A stretch of DNA of 64,000 nt, taken from Lama guanicoe. Its lineage: Eukaryota. The position numbers and the translations under genes were made by a program. Below, piece by piece: positions 25,252-38,039 of the stretch (the stretch's first letter is position 1; each line of letters opens with the position of its first letter). The notes beneath the pieces were generated by a model. The model had not been told where the DNA came from, searched no databases, and saw nothing but the letters and a program-made list of their open reading frames with translations. The stretch is from NCBI GenBank assembly GCA_013239625.1, contig MU054220.1, positions 2,293,374 to 2,357,373 of the forward strand, in the 5' to 3' direction.

Positions 25252-25590
25252 CTTACACCTCAGGAGCCTCGTGGCTCGCAGGCCCCGAGTGTTTCGCTCC
25301 CAAGACTGCGCAAGTTGTCACACTCACGTCTACAGGCGCTCTTCAAGGCTTCCCTCACAACTCAAACGATCACTCTTGCTTTAAGCCCCGCAGCCGGTCG
25401 CTTCCCGGCGCCGCCATCGTTAGTGTTTGTTTTCATCCGCTTCGGCGAAGGCGGGGGGAAGAAGAGGGCTATGGGGGAAATACAGCTGCTTAATCGCAGC
25501 CGCACTTTCGCTACAATTTATATGCCCTACTTAATCTCTTTCCTCTTTGACATTCCCATAAAAGCTGGTTTCCTTACCATGTAAGTCTGA
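25252..25590 (-). other. ATG13: Probable ATG13 first (non-coding) exon; 5' end uncertain
   Basis: Inside the CpG island; minus-strand donors GAC|GTGAGT (25328/25327) and AAG|GTATTA (25252/25251). Confidence 0.55.
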
Positions 25591-25659
25591 CCAATCAACC
25601 TGTTCGAGCGTTTCAGAAGAAAACAAAGGCGTAAAGAGGGGGCTCTTTGAAAGAGTGCC

Positions 25660-25876
25660 AACATTTGGCCGCGTGTGGAATGTGGGCCGGGAAACCGCAG
25701 GTCGCGGCGGCAGCGGCAGTGAGGACGCGGCGTGGGGCGGGCACTGACGCGGAGGGGGCGGTGCCTATGCTGAGCGCCGTGGCGGCTTGTGCGCTGTCGC
25801 CGGTTCCGGAGGAGGGCCAGACCCGGCTGGGTGGGTGGGGAGTGCAGCTAGTAAGCTGGCAGCCGCGGAGAGGTGG
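25660..25876 (+). other. HARBI1: Probable HARBI1 non-coding exon 1 (boundaries uncertain)
   Basis: GC-rich segment with candidate donors at 25850|GTAAGC, 25872|GTGGGT and 25876|GTGAGC upstream of the strong acceptor at 26590. Confidence 0.4.
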
Positions 25877-26590
25877 GTGAGCGGCCTCGGCTGACTTTGA
25901 AGTGGCGGTGACAATCGGACTTCCGTATCCATTTCTAAGGCACGTTTTAAAAGCGACGGAGTCTCCTCTCAACTCTAGCTCTTCCAGCGTCTTCTTTTGC
26001 ACTTTCCTTCCAACCTGTCTGGCCTCCTTACTTCCTAGCCCTCAGCCTCACAATTTGGATTTCCTGGGGTGCGGGGAAAGCCTTTTGTTAAAGCACACAA
26101 TCCTGGTCGACCAGCCTGTGTCGTGGGAGTTTATTTGCCCCCTCTTCCCTTGTTAAACTGGTTTGAGCACCCCGTACCCCCATCCCTTACTTATCAGGTG
26201 GAGCCAGAGGGTTTTGAATAATGAATACCGCCGTGACTAATTCCTGTCCTGGGTAGTTATGACTTATGTCAGCTGCTTTCTGGCCTGTATAGTCAGGAGT
26301 AGACCTTTTCCACTTGTGGATAATTATGCCATCATCTCCATTAATCTTCTGCTCTTCCCAGTTCAAATGCCAGGCATTAAATGAGCCAACGAAATTCAAC
26401 TCCCATTCTCCTTCAAACCAAAGCAAGCCTTTCTTGCAGCCATGAGTTAGTGGAGAAAAACCCAGAGTTATAGTTAAAGAACTTTTTGCTTGAACAAAAG
26501 GGAAATTTGAGAAAAGGATCTGTTGTAGTCTTTGAATCACTTTAAAGTCTTTGGTAGGTTTCTAATTTTTTTTTCTTTTAACCTTTGCAG

Positions 26591-26740
26591 AGAGAAGACT
26601 ATAAATGCCACAGCCATTTAAGTGATGGGTAACCGTTGAATTCTGACACTTCCTTAAATACTTTTCTTGCACCAACATCTTCACTGGGAAGAGTTCAGGG
26701 AAAGTAGCAGAGGGAAGGAGAAACAACATTTACATGTACC
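26591..26740 (+). other. HARBI1: HARBI1 exon 2, 5'UTR portion
   Basis: Strong acceptor (ctaat branch-like, long T tract, ttgcag|) ending at 26590, continuous with the start codon at 26741. Confidence 0.8.
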
Positions 26741-27410
26741 ATGGCTATACCAATAACAGTGCTTGACTGTGACCTCTTGCTATATGGCCGAGGACATCGG
26801 ACATTGGACCGATTTAAACTGGATGATGTTACCGATGAATACCTGATGTCCATGTATGGGTTTCCTCGACAGTTCATTTATTACTTGGTGGAGCTCTTGG
26901 GGGCGAGTCTTTCTAGACCTACTCAGAGATCCAGGGCTATTAGCCCAGAGACACAGATCCTTGCAGCACTGGGCTTCTATACCTCAGGTTCCTTCCAGAC
27001 TCGGATGGGAGATGCTATTGGAATCAGTCAGGCATCTATGAGTCGATGTGTTGCCAATGTCACCGAAGCGCTTGTGGAAAGAGCTTCACAGTTCATCCAC
27101 TTTCCAGCTGATGAAGCCTCCGTGCAGGCTCTGAAGGATGAGTTCTATGGGTTAGCAGGGATGCCAGGGGTGATAGGGGTGGTTGACTGTATCCATGTGG
27201 CAATCAAGGCACCAAATGCTGAAGACCTTTCTTACGTGAACCGAAAAGGTCTTCATTCTTTAAACTGCCTGATGGTGTGTGACATCAGAGGGGCACTAAT
27301 GACTGTGGAGACAAACTGGCCAGGGAGCCTCCAGGACTGTGCTGTACTTCAGCAGTCTTCTCTCAGCAGTCAGTTTGAAGCTGGGATGCACAAAGATAGC
27401 TGGTTGCTTG
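26741..27410 (+). CDS. HARBI1: HARBI1 coding exon 1 (aa 1-223), Harbinger transposase-derived putative nuclease
   Basis: [21 protein letters not shown]...KDSWLL matches HARBI1; accATGg Kozak; donor TTG|GTAAGT at 27410. Confidence 0.98.
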
Positions 27411-29357
27411 GTAAGTCCTTTGGAGTAAACGTTTCGTTTTGTAGCTGTAGAAAAATTATCTGGTAGAGTAGAATGAAATATGGAAGTCTATAGACTTGAG
27501 TCTCAGTCCTATTCTTTTTTTAATGAGACCTCACATAAGAACCTCTGAGCCCTAATTTTTTAAATCAACATTTAAAAGACATTAATGAACATTTAAAAAT
27601 GTGTTATTTGACCCAGCTCCTCTTAAGGATTTATCTTGGAGGTACATGTTCAGAAATAAAATTTACACACAAGAACTTGCATCACTGCAGTGTTCTGTAG
27701 TTACAAACAACAGCAGCAACAACAACCCTACAAAAACATTCCCCTTAAATACAGCCAGAATACTTACGAATACAGATCTGGTTAAATATAGCACATCCAT
27801 ACAATTGAGCCTTAATTTTTATCATCTGTAAAATGGTGAAAATAATGCTAACAGCAATAATACCTATTGTTAGGATTAGGTAATATATATATAAAAGTTC
27901 ACTAAAGTATTGTGCAAATGTATTATTTTTGCCATTGATGATTGTCACTAAGGTATCATATGAAGATGATAGTAGACAGTGCATTTACACAATTCTTATA
28001 GCAACTGGCTTCATAGGTCTACCTGAGTGCCCTTAGAAAGCCTGGCTTAATGATCTGAGTAAGACAAGAACTCATTCAGTATTGGGCAGTACAAACTGAT
28101 GTGACTGTAGAGCTGTGAGGAATACAGTTAGTTAACAGTGATAAAACCCTCCAGCCTAGTTGCTTTCTTTTTGTTACTGTTTTTTTAAAGCACTGCTCTT
28201 ATGCAAGCAACAGAACAAGGGTTATCTTGTACACAACATATTACGTGAAAGATGAACAGGCACACTAAGGATTGGAAGACCCCTCCTTCAAGACCCACTA
28301 ATCGTATCTGCACTGTACATGCTCAGTACACAGCATTTTACATGTAATAGACGCTCAAGAGTTTTTCTCTTTAATGTGTTTACTGGCAGTTAAAGAAAAA
28401 CTTCCTCTGTTCCAAATGAGAAGAGGCTGCTCTCAAACTGATTGGTTTGGAGTTGCCAGGTAGCATCTTGGAACTTAACTTATTTTCTTGAGTTGTTGCT
28501 TCTACACAGTTTTCGGTGCACTACCTTCTCGTTACCCTACTGGACCTTTATCTTAATCCCACCTTTGACTCCTCTGAACTTTCAAATTCCATTTTCATAC
28601 AACTCACACCAAGAAGTGAAGGAAATCCTGTTTGCACATGTCTCATCGAGCCGCTTCTACAGTTGTGGAAGTACTTGGGTTCCAAGCTGATTTCTTATGA
28701 AATCACTTTGGTGCTCTAACTGTAAAGCCAGCTAAAAATGATTGAGTACTTAGAATTTGTCAGACAATCTTGTAAGCATATTGCATTGTATTGTCTCACT
28801 TAATACTTAAAAAACTCTTAAAGAGTTAAATACTAATATTATCAACATTTCACAGAAGAGGAAATTAAGGCACAGAATATCTGTGTCGTTTGTTTACGCT
28901 TTTAATCTAGATCATATGAAGAGTTACTCTTTTTGGCAAATGATCCTTTTGTTAGGACTTCATGGTCATGTAGGAATTACTGATTTTCTTTTCCTTCATA
29001 ACTTGGGACCCCAGATTCAGTTGGGATTGTGACATTAAAGTAGTTTTTTAGTTGTTTACAGGACACTGAAAATGAGTAAAAACTCTGACAAATTTTTTGT
29101 ATTTTTATGATCCCCCTCTTTACAGAAAGAGTGGAAGTAGGACAGATGGATATTGCAACAACATTTAACAAGTGTTTATTTAAGGCCAGTTTTGGTTCCA
29201 GGCCACATGCTAGGCACTAATGATGCAAGGGAAGTATACCAAAGGAAGCTGTGACATGGAAATGATTCCCTTAGTACTGTCAGTTGTAGCACGTACCCCT
29301 TGGAAAGCCTCCATCAGCTGTAACAGGAATACTAGTTTGATGATCCCTGGAGTAGTA

Positions 29358-29535
29358 CAGTGTTTCACAAATTTTCCAGATCAAAAGAGTTATCTGGGGA
29401 ACTTATTTAAGATGTACATTTCTGGGCCCCACTTCAAACTTCAGGAATGAGAATCTTCAAGAAAAGATGAATCTGGACATCATTTTCAACAGGTGTCCTA
29501 AATGATTTGTATGAATAGATGTTTGGGAAACACTG
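29358..29535. mobile_element. hAT-Charlie MITE (MER5/MER117-like)
   Basis: TIRs cagtgtttc / gaaacactg, about 180 bp. Confidence 0.75.
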
Positions 29536-29602
29536 ATCTGGACATGTGGGGAAGACTGGCAGGATTACAAAGAATGACGAGATGTTAAAAAAAGAGAGAG
29601 AT

Positions 29603-29738
29603 GGGGGAGGGTATAGCTCAGTGGTGGAGTACATGCTTAGCCTGCACGAGGTCCTGCGTTCAATCCCCAGTACCTCCATGAAATAAAATAAAAATTTTTA
29701 ATAACCCTACTTACCTTCGCCCCCCAAAAAAAATTAAA
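29603..29738 (+). mobile_element. Vic-1-type SINE in the HARBI1 intron
   Basis: tRNA head; TSD aaaaaaagagagaga. Confidence 0.9.
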
Positions 29739-31868
29739 AAAAAAAAGAGAGAGAAGACTGATTGTATCTTAAGAACATCACATTTGTAGAATGACTCCAG
29801 GTTTGCTAAACCAGAACTAGCTGTGATTTCCCATGCTGTTGTTGCTGTTAACATATTTTCACCTTGAGTGTCACCCCTTCATGTCCTCATTTTCATCTGT
29901 GCCTTCAGAGGGCATCACCTAATTCCCTTTCTCTAAATGTACCTGCTCCTACAAACAATTCAGCCTGAGTTCTTATTTCTTCAGATCTTGGCCTATCCTG
30001 TTAAGCAGCTTTAGGTAAGATCTGCCAGAATGTCTCTTGGATGACTGATCATGCAGTTGTAATCTGTTTAGCAATTCTGATCCTAATCCCCTCCTGGGTG
30101 TCTGTCTTGTACGGGTGTTTGGATTATAACTGTTAATGACGATGGAGCAATTTATAAAAGGTCTGCATTAACTGGCTTGCCTTGTATGTTTCCCGTTTAA
30201 GGCCCATACGCTTTCTCAGAGAAACATTTAACAAATATTTAGTATCTCTGTGTTTTGGCATTCATCTTAAATGTTTTTCATATTCTCTTTTACAGCATTA
30301 TACTCTCATTTTAGTGACTCTGAGTCTCACATTATTAGCATTTAGTGACTAGCCTCTTCTCCTGCCTTTGCCTGACATATCAAAGGATGGATGACATACT
30401 TTTTTCTCATTTGTAAAACAAGTTCAATAATGTATGCCTGGCAGAGTTGGATTTGGACAAGAGATAATATTTTTAAAGTGCCTAGTATTGTGCCTACTAC
30501 ATAGGTATTCGGTATTCAATGAATCATAGATATTATTTTCATTATTAACAACATCAGTTTCTTAAATTCAGTATTTAGTAGGGATGAGTTCAATTAAAAT
30601 AGGTTATATGTAGGTGGAAAAAAGTCGGCTAAATATAAAATTTGAAAATTTTGTGAGACATCTTAGCTATTTACAGTTAATCGACTACACCTAAAACTCA
30701 TGTTATATGTCAATATCTCAGTAAAAAAATTTTTAATTAAAAATCGTCTAAAAAATAAAGTTAATCTAGTTCTTAGAAATATATGCTCCTAAAAGAAAGG
30801 TGTTCTATATGTTTGGAACAATGCCTAGCACTCTCTGAACAGTTCATAACATTTTACTGGAATTGATGGTGGGTCAGGAACACAGCAACCTTGCAAGTTG
30901 GTATTCCTTGGGTTTATTTGTCTCAAATTTCTGAGGTGGTTCCTCTGTGTGAGACATTTCATCTGCCAGATGTAGTGAGTCAGGACAATTAAACATTATA
31001 GAAACATTTTACTGTTGTAATAGGACATCGCACCCCAGTTTTGTTTTTGTTTTTTTATTTTTAACACCTCCCAGGATCATTTGATAAGGAAGCCACTTAA
31101 AGGAAATACTTTGTGTATATTATTTTAATAGAATTCTGATTTAATTTCCTTATCCCTGATTATTACTGTTTGTGTCATATTTATGCTCTCCTTGTTAATG
31201 TGAAATTTTATTAGTTCCTCTGTTACAAAGGCATGGTTCTAGTGAATGTAATATCTAGGAAGGCAGAACACTTGAGTTCTGATCTCCACAGATGCTAGGA
31301 CGTTTCTTATTCTTCCTAGCACTGGGAGAATGAATGATTATTGTCTCTGAAATACTCTGAAATCCCTAGGTAGTGCTTTCAGACCTGACACTTTAATGGT
31401 AAAGTTAGAAATTTTTCTTCACAAGTGTTTTGAGGTCTCCTGGCAGAATTCTCTTTTACCTTCTTACACTCTTGCTCTTTAGAAATTTGAAGGCTTGCTA
31501 TATGATAGTTTTTACTAAGCATTTATTAAAGAACAATATCTCTGAATTCAGAAAACCCAGGAACTTCATTTTCTCCAGTGCTTTCACCTCAGCCCTACAT
31601 TCTTTCCGACTTAGCTTTCTTTAGCTGTCAGCTCTTTTCTCTGTTGTTTTTAACCAAGGGTATTCCCAGCCAAGTCTCAGGTCTTCTTGCTCGTGACCTG
31701 GGCATGCCTTCTCTTTACCATAGCATTTCCCTCTTGGTTTTCCTGCTGTGCTTTGGCTCCAGAGGCTGTTGCATTTTCTTGCTCATTCTCTAAGTATGTT
31801 TCTGGATTTTCCTTTTTGTTCGTATTCCAGTTATAAATATATATGACTTCTTTGGGCCTTCCCCACAG

Positions 31869-32248
31869 GTGACAGTTCCTTCTTTCTCCGTACCTGGCTC
31901 ATGACCCCACTTCACATTCCTGAAACTCCAGCTGAATATCGCTATAATATGGCCCATTCTGCAACTCACAGTGTGATTGAGAAGACTTTCCGAACCCTCT
32001 GCTCCCGATTCCGCTGCCTGGATGGATCCAAGGGAGCACTGCAGTACTCACCAGAGAAATCCAGCCACATTATCTTGGCCTGCTGTGTCCTCCACAACAT
32101 CTCCCTGGAGCACGGGATGGATGTTTGGTCCTCTCCAATGACAGGGCCCATGGAACAGCCCCCTGAGGAAGAGTATGAGCACATGGAGTCCCTGGACCTA
32201 GAGGCTGACCGCATCCGTCAGGAGCTGATGCTCACTCACTTTAGCTAA
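31869..32248 (+). CDS. HARBI1: HARBI1 coding exon 2 (aa 224-349, GDSSFFLRTWLMTP...ELMLTHFS*)
   Basis: Acceptor ccccacag| at 31868; 670+380=1050 nt gives 349 aa plus stop; contains the GDS, IEKTF and CCVLHN motifs of Harbinger/DDE_Tnp_4 transposases. Confidence 0.98.
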
Positions 32249-33291
32249 TGTGGAAGGTTTGGAGGAGGGAGGCTTTCCAGAAGGAGCTGTGACAAATTTC
32301 CCTCTCACCGTCCCCTACACGGTTCCATCATCTAGCATGACTGAGTATGTGGTCACTTGTCACAAATTGACATTTGATCTGCGTGTTTTGGAAGGATTGG
32401 GGCTATGCCAGAATATCCTGATTCATTTTCAAATTTATTAGCTAAACCTAAACTGAGACAGCAGTTCTCTGCTATCCATTGTACTCCAGGTTGAGCGCCA
32501 CTCATTTGAAAATTCACTGGCTGCAGATGTTTATATCATGCCTACAAAATCAAAGCAAGGGGGAAATAACATCTTGGCAGCCAGAACTTTCTTTCTTTGT
32601 TTCAATTGTTTGGAGATTTCAAATGAAAACAGTATTTGCCCTGAATTTTTTGGGTAGTATTTTAGCTTTTCTACTTTAATACCTATAGAGGCATAATCTG
32701 AGGCAAGTATTAAGGGTAAATTTAAGTTGGGGAATGGTCTCCTGACATAAGCAAATGGCTACTGATCTGAGTTTGCAGCTTTGTGTTTTTAAGAGGATGT
32801 TAGGGAAAGTTTGAAACCTCCATCTTTAGTCTGTCTGCAATAATTGAACTGTGACTTGAACCTAGTTCCCAGGGAGAACATATGAATTCCAATCTCTTAC
32901 TTTGAACCCTGAGTAGAAAATTAAAGGCTAAATGGGTTTAAGAACCCAATCAGCTTAAAGAAGACAAGTAAAATATAGATAAAACAGCAAGCATACACTT
33001 TACAGGGCATCCAAAGACCCTGATAGTTTGATGGGCAAAGGAGATTCACCCAGGTTTAGACAACCCACATCGAAACATCACATTTCTTATGATCATGATG
33101 TTAGAATGTCTGTTTGGCCATTCTGCATTGAAATGCCTTGTTCAGAAGGAAGACTTAGGGAATGATGAAAGCATGTGAAAGTAATAAGAAGGAGAGGTAA
33201 AAGGAATCTAATTTCTTGGTTCGAAATGAATTTTGGAATTAGACTGACTTGAATATCTTGTGTGCAAAGTGAAGAACAGAATTTCTCAAGA

Positions 33292-33297
33292 AATAAA
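33292..33297 (+). terminator. Candidate HARBI1 polyadenylation signal (alternatives: ATTAAA 32920-32925, AATAAA 33573-33578)
   Basis: First canonical AATAAA I found downstream of the stop codon; usage cannot be determined from sequence. Confidence 0.3.
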
Positions 33298-34052
33298 TAA
33301 TCCCCCACCAAGTCTTATTCTAAAATTGTACTGATATAAAAATAACCTGATTGGAATAATAGAAGTGTGAATTAGGTTCACACATTGGTGCCTTTGCTGG
33401 GACAGAAAAGAGACTTTCCTGAGGATTGTTTTGTTCCCAGAGTTTCTCAGCCACTCACCATGTGCTACTTCTGAATTGTCCTCTTGGATCATTTCCTACC
33501 TGCCTTTGGCAGTGTTAATCTGGTGATTTTCAAAGTAAAGAAATGAACAGCTGATGACAGAAGAAATTTGGAAATAAACTGAGGGTGACTCATCCTCAAG
33601 ATTAAAAACAATTATGGATTATTATCTGCTGTTTATTTCTACTCCAAATGCTATTTCCCATCATCATCCTACTCTACAAAGAGTGGGTCCATTTGGCAGG
33701 AGGTTGGGCTCAGTATGTACAATGATGTCAGTAAGATGGGAGTGGACAATGAAGAGGTGATTGGAAGCTAGTTTTATTCATTGTGCAATAGAGGTGCCCT
33801 GTTACATTTTCTTTTCCCTTTGTAAAGTTTAACTTGTGACCTAAGCTTGCTTTGTCTCCCTCATAAGGCAATATTTTAATTCTCACCGTCTTTCCAAGTT
33901 TCCTGAGATGGGTGCTCTTCCCTATAAGGTTTTGGTTCTATTATGAGTATTGCAATGGGAACATACTTGCTGCCACCCATGTATCTTAAGTGGCAAGGTA
34001 GAGTATGATCTTGGAAAGTGCCTAGCATTTTAGTCTTTAAAAACTGCATTAA

Positions 34053-34190
34053 GGGGGAAAGTATAGCTCAGTGGTAGTGTGCTTAGCATGCACAAGGTCC
34101 TGCATTCAATCCCCAGTACCTCCACTAAAATAAATAAGTAAATAAACCTAATCCCCCCTCCAAAAAAAAACCCAAAATAAAAAATAATTA
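34053..34190 (+). mobile_element. Vic-1-type SINE
   Basis: tRNA head and taaacctaat tail; imperfect TSD ending cattaa. Confidence 0.88.
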
Positions 34191-36157
34191 ATAAAAAGGT
34201 ACATTAAAGGAAAATTGGGGTTTTCACAAATTAACTTAGTAGATGGTGACATGAAGCCTGATTGGGAGGGACAGTCTGGCAGAGATTTCATTAGCAATTT
34301 CAAGTCTATTACTTGCACACCAAAGATAATTTCTAAGTGTTGAATAGACTGGACATTGGCTGGTAGTATTTTTCCCCAGGGGCATTTTATGTCTTAATAA
34401 TTCCACAGGGTAACTGTTCAAATCTATTCCTTTAATCTCCTTTTGACCTGGATTTTTATAGGCAAGATTCTTTTCAGTCGACAGTTACATTTTCCCCAAA
34501 ATGATCTAGGAGAGGGATCAGGATCTGCATTTCCAGATTTCCAGGGGTCTGCTCATAAGGTCTTTTTATAAGTGCCTGAGAAGTCCTCTCTTATGGTCCT
34601 TTCTGTGGATTTATAGTATCTTCTTGGTATAGTTTTGGGAAAGAGTCGAGGAGTTTGCTTGTCTTATGTAAACCTCATTTTCCCATAGGTGACTCCATCT
34701 GGCCAGCATAGTTTTCATATTTGCCCTTAACTGTTTCAAGACAATAAAAGTCCCAGGATATATTAAGGGAAATCTACCATATTGGATCATCACCAGTTTA
34801 CCAATTCCAAATTATACAAAAGGGGACCACAAACATATTCTTAGTTTAAAATGAACGGAGATGGAGCTTCTTTCCAGGACTGTAAAGGATCTACAGCAAG
34901 TTAATTTAGTTTTGGGACAAAAAACAACACAGTTTTAATGGGATCATTTATGAAGAAGTGAAAGTGGTGGGGAGGGTTAAAAAAGAGGTTAGGTAGATAG
35001 ATAGGCATACTATGATTGTATCCCTATCTGAAACAATAAACTGAAAACTCAAGAACTGAGCTTAGCTGTTGTTTTTCCTGGCAATGGAAGGCAAGTTAAA
35101 AGGAGGTCAAGAAAATAAGAAATCAGGGAGTCTTAACCACTGTGCATGCACATATCCTCAGGGCCCTTTTGTTCCCTAGATCCCATTCAGATTTTACAGA
35201 ATTGTGGGTGTAAGAGATCATGGATTCAGAATTAAGAATTTGTTTATTATAAGAATGGCAAAGCCGAAGAAAGAGGAAATATTAGTTGAAGGCTGGGGAT
35301 ACTCCTAGGTACCTAACATATAGAATTCACAGGCTTTTCTTTTTTTATGTGACTACCATTTAAGACACCACTTTGCGATAATCAAATAGGAGAGATGAAA
35401 TCTCTGAGTACTAAACAGAAACAAGCAAAGTAGACCTTGAAATCATATGTTAGTAAATTTCAAAAAGTCTTCTGGAAAGGAATCACCATGTTTGCCCAGA
35501 AAAACATTCAGTTCCTTTCTGTCAGGACTTTCTCTAACCCTTATAATAAACAGCTGTCTTAATAGAAGGACTGATTTCTTTGTCATTCTAAAGTCTTAAA
35601 ATGTTCATACATTTCAATTCATTGATAAATTCAACCACTAGAAATTTATCCTATATGAATAATTACAGAGAAGAAAAAGCCTATTATTCTGTGAATGGTT
35701 ACCTGCTGTTCTGGGATCTCTCCCCTTCTCTGGGCTGCTCCTACATCACTACACTGCTTCTACATTTACCACCCAGCCCAAAGTATGTACATTATCCCAC
35801 AGTGCCATGAGACCAGGCTACAAAGGAACAGAATAGAATTGCAACAGTGAAACCTACAACTGACTTGTCATTTTGGCTGCTCAAGACCTAACTCCTCTTC
35901 CTGGACTTCGTAATATGATGACTCACAGTACTGATACATAGTTATCTCATCCTATGTTCTGGCCTGATTTCTACTACCCAGTGTGATAGGTTTCTTAGGG
36001 CCAAGGGCCAAGGTAAGGAACAGTCTCCTCCTCTTCTCTCCTTTCCCCTCCCTTCACCCTTTATTCCAGGCAATTCCCCAGGTTAGTAAGTCCCAATCCT
36101 CTTCCCTGGTTTGGTCTTTCCAAATTCCACGTGATTGACAGTGGCTATGTTTATTCT

Positions 36158-36268
36158 TAAGGTGACCAACTCCTGGTTTGCTCTCAGCTGTCACAGCTTT
36201 AGCACTGAAAGTGCTCTGTCCTGGAAAACCATTTAATCCTTAGCAAACTGGGACTGTTGGTCACCCTA
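36158..36268. mobile_element. hAT-Blackjack MITE, MER81-like
   Basis: TIRs ggtgaccaac / gttggtcacccta; internal tttagcactgaaagt. Confidence 0.8.
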
Positions 36269-37010
36269 CTTTAGGGGAAGCATCCTCTTACCTTCAAAGG
36301 TGTCACTTCTCCAGGAGAGTCCTATCAGAATACAATAATCAACAATCAACATCCTAAGTTATTGAGTCTTAACCAAGATGTAGATATCAGTGGTACATCC
36401 CACAGTAATCTTTACTTCTGTCCATCTGGTTTCTTTTCCTCAGAGCTTCCTCTAGTGTGAGGAGATTCCTGTAGGTTTCAGGGTTTCAACCCCTGATCTT
36501 TTATGATCTACTATTCTGTCCAAATAGACTTCCTTAAGAACAAGCAGTTTATTGTCACACTGACATTTAAATCCATACTTGAAACACTTCTCTAATGAAA
36601 TCTATCTGTAAATATGCAATTCTGCCTGCAGAATAAGCCATCTTTTCCATGGTTTCACAGAGCAGTCTAGCCTCAGCTGCTCAAATATCTCCATTTTCAG
36701 ATGTTGATTTTAGATTTATATTTGCATACTCTTCAGGTGATTTTCTCAAAAGTCTCCAGATTTGAGAAACCAAAAACATCTTATGGCCTTGAAATTAGTT
36801 TGCCTAGTTTTTCTCACTGAAATCGAAGTTTCAAAATAATGTCATTATATGGGTCAAGTTCGGATGAGGACTGTAGCCCTGGACACTTAAAGTCCACAAG
36901 CCTCTCCAAGAAGGAAGCTTCTTCAAAGCATATATTCTAAGAGTAGAAATTCATCCCTGGGATGACAGCAAAGCAGTCTCTTTGCCTGCTACTCATCTGG
37001 CACGAGGAAT

Positions 37011-37455
37011 TTGGCAGAGACTGCTTTAGTTGTTGCCTAGTATCCATTTGCCTCTGACTTTTAGTGGGTACATGACTTCCTAGGATAAAGACAAATTCAG
37101 TTAGGTGTGGCTATGTGACTACATTCTGGCCAGTGGAATGTAAATGGAAATGTCCTGTGCTATTTTCAAGATGTGCCCTTATGGCTAGGAGACATGCCTT
37201 TCCTCTTTCAGCTTCCTGTTGCTTGGAATGTAGACATGATGGCTAGAGCTTGAGCAGCTGTCTTGGACCCAAGATGAAAACCACTTATTGAAGATGTCAA
37301 AGCAACAAGATAGGAGCCTGGTCCCTGATGCTGAACGGCCACACCTTACCCTAGGCTGCACATCTCTGGATTTCTTTCATACGACAGGGAAATAAACCTC
37401 TGCTTTGCTTCCTTATTCTTTTTGTTTATGTGCAATAGATCATAATCATTAATAA
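37011..37455 (+). mobile_element. MaLR LTR, MLT1J-like
   Basis: tggcagagactgc start; ggtgtggctatgtgact...tggccagtggaatgt; ggaatgtagacatgatggct; aaataaac. Confidence 0.75.
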
Positions 37456-38039
37456 TAAGTTTATAACTGCCTCTTCCAGGAGCAGCAATACCTATTACAC
37501 AGAAAGTGTTTGGAAGCAACATTCATATTCAAAATGGGGAGCATGGTCAGTATGTTCTCTTAATGGAATATTGTGCAGTTGTTTACAACAACAACTATTA
37601 AAGATTTTAATTTACATAATGTAATGATAGAACAATAACACTGTTGTATCTCTGCTTAAACTTTAAAAAATTATGTAGAATATTTCCAAGGACTGCATGG
37701 GAACATGAACAAATTAAAACTTTGTGTTTTGGAAGCAAATTATTAAATTCTTTTTTTTTTAGACTTTTATAAATGTTGCTACAATGTTTACTCATTAAAA
37801 AGTCCTCTAAAACTATGAGAGACAACAAAGCCCAGTGTTGTTTCCTTATATTATGGATCATGGTCTTATCCTACATATTATATACATGAGTTGTCCCTTA
37901 AATATTTTCATGGATTTAAAGGATATATATATATTTAATTATAATAAATTGTAAATAAAACTGATGTAAGAAAGTGATCTTTCACTTTGATTATATTATA
38001 TACTCTTTAAAGGCTGAGACTATCTTGTGTTCTTTTTAT

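Larger units (their letters stand above)
24970..25960. promoter_or_regulatory. CpG island / bidirectional promoter of ATG13 (-) and HARBI1 (+)
   Basis: High GC and CpG density; CCAAT boxes (about 25034 and 25591-25595), GC boxes (GGGGCGG about 25734 and 25754), ETS-like ACTTCCG about 25919; flanking genes are head-to-head. Confidence 0.9.

Noticed and set aside
24749..26156. Several 77-145 aa ORFs in the ATG13/HARBI1 CpG island
   Set aside because: GC-rich, stop-poor sequence; mostly non-ATG starts and no recognisable protein family
26741..27466. 241-aa ORF as the complete HARBI1 protein, or HARBI1 as an active transposon
   Set aside because: A consensus donor at 27410 splices in frame to 31869; the gene has introns and I saw no TIRs or TSD
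31966..32214. Antisense ORF over the last HARBI1 exon (also 26695..26877 and 26856..27041)
   Set aside because: Shadow frames of a real coding exon with no independent support
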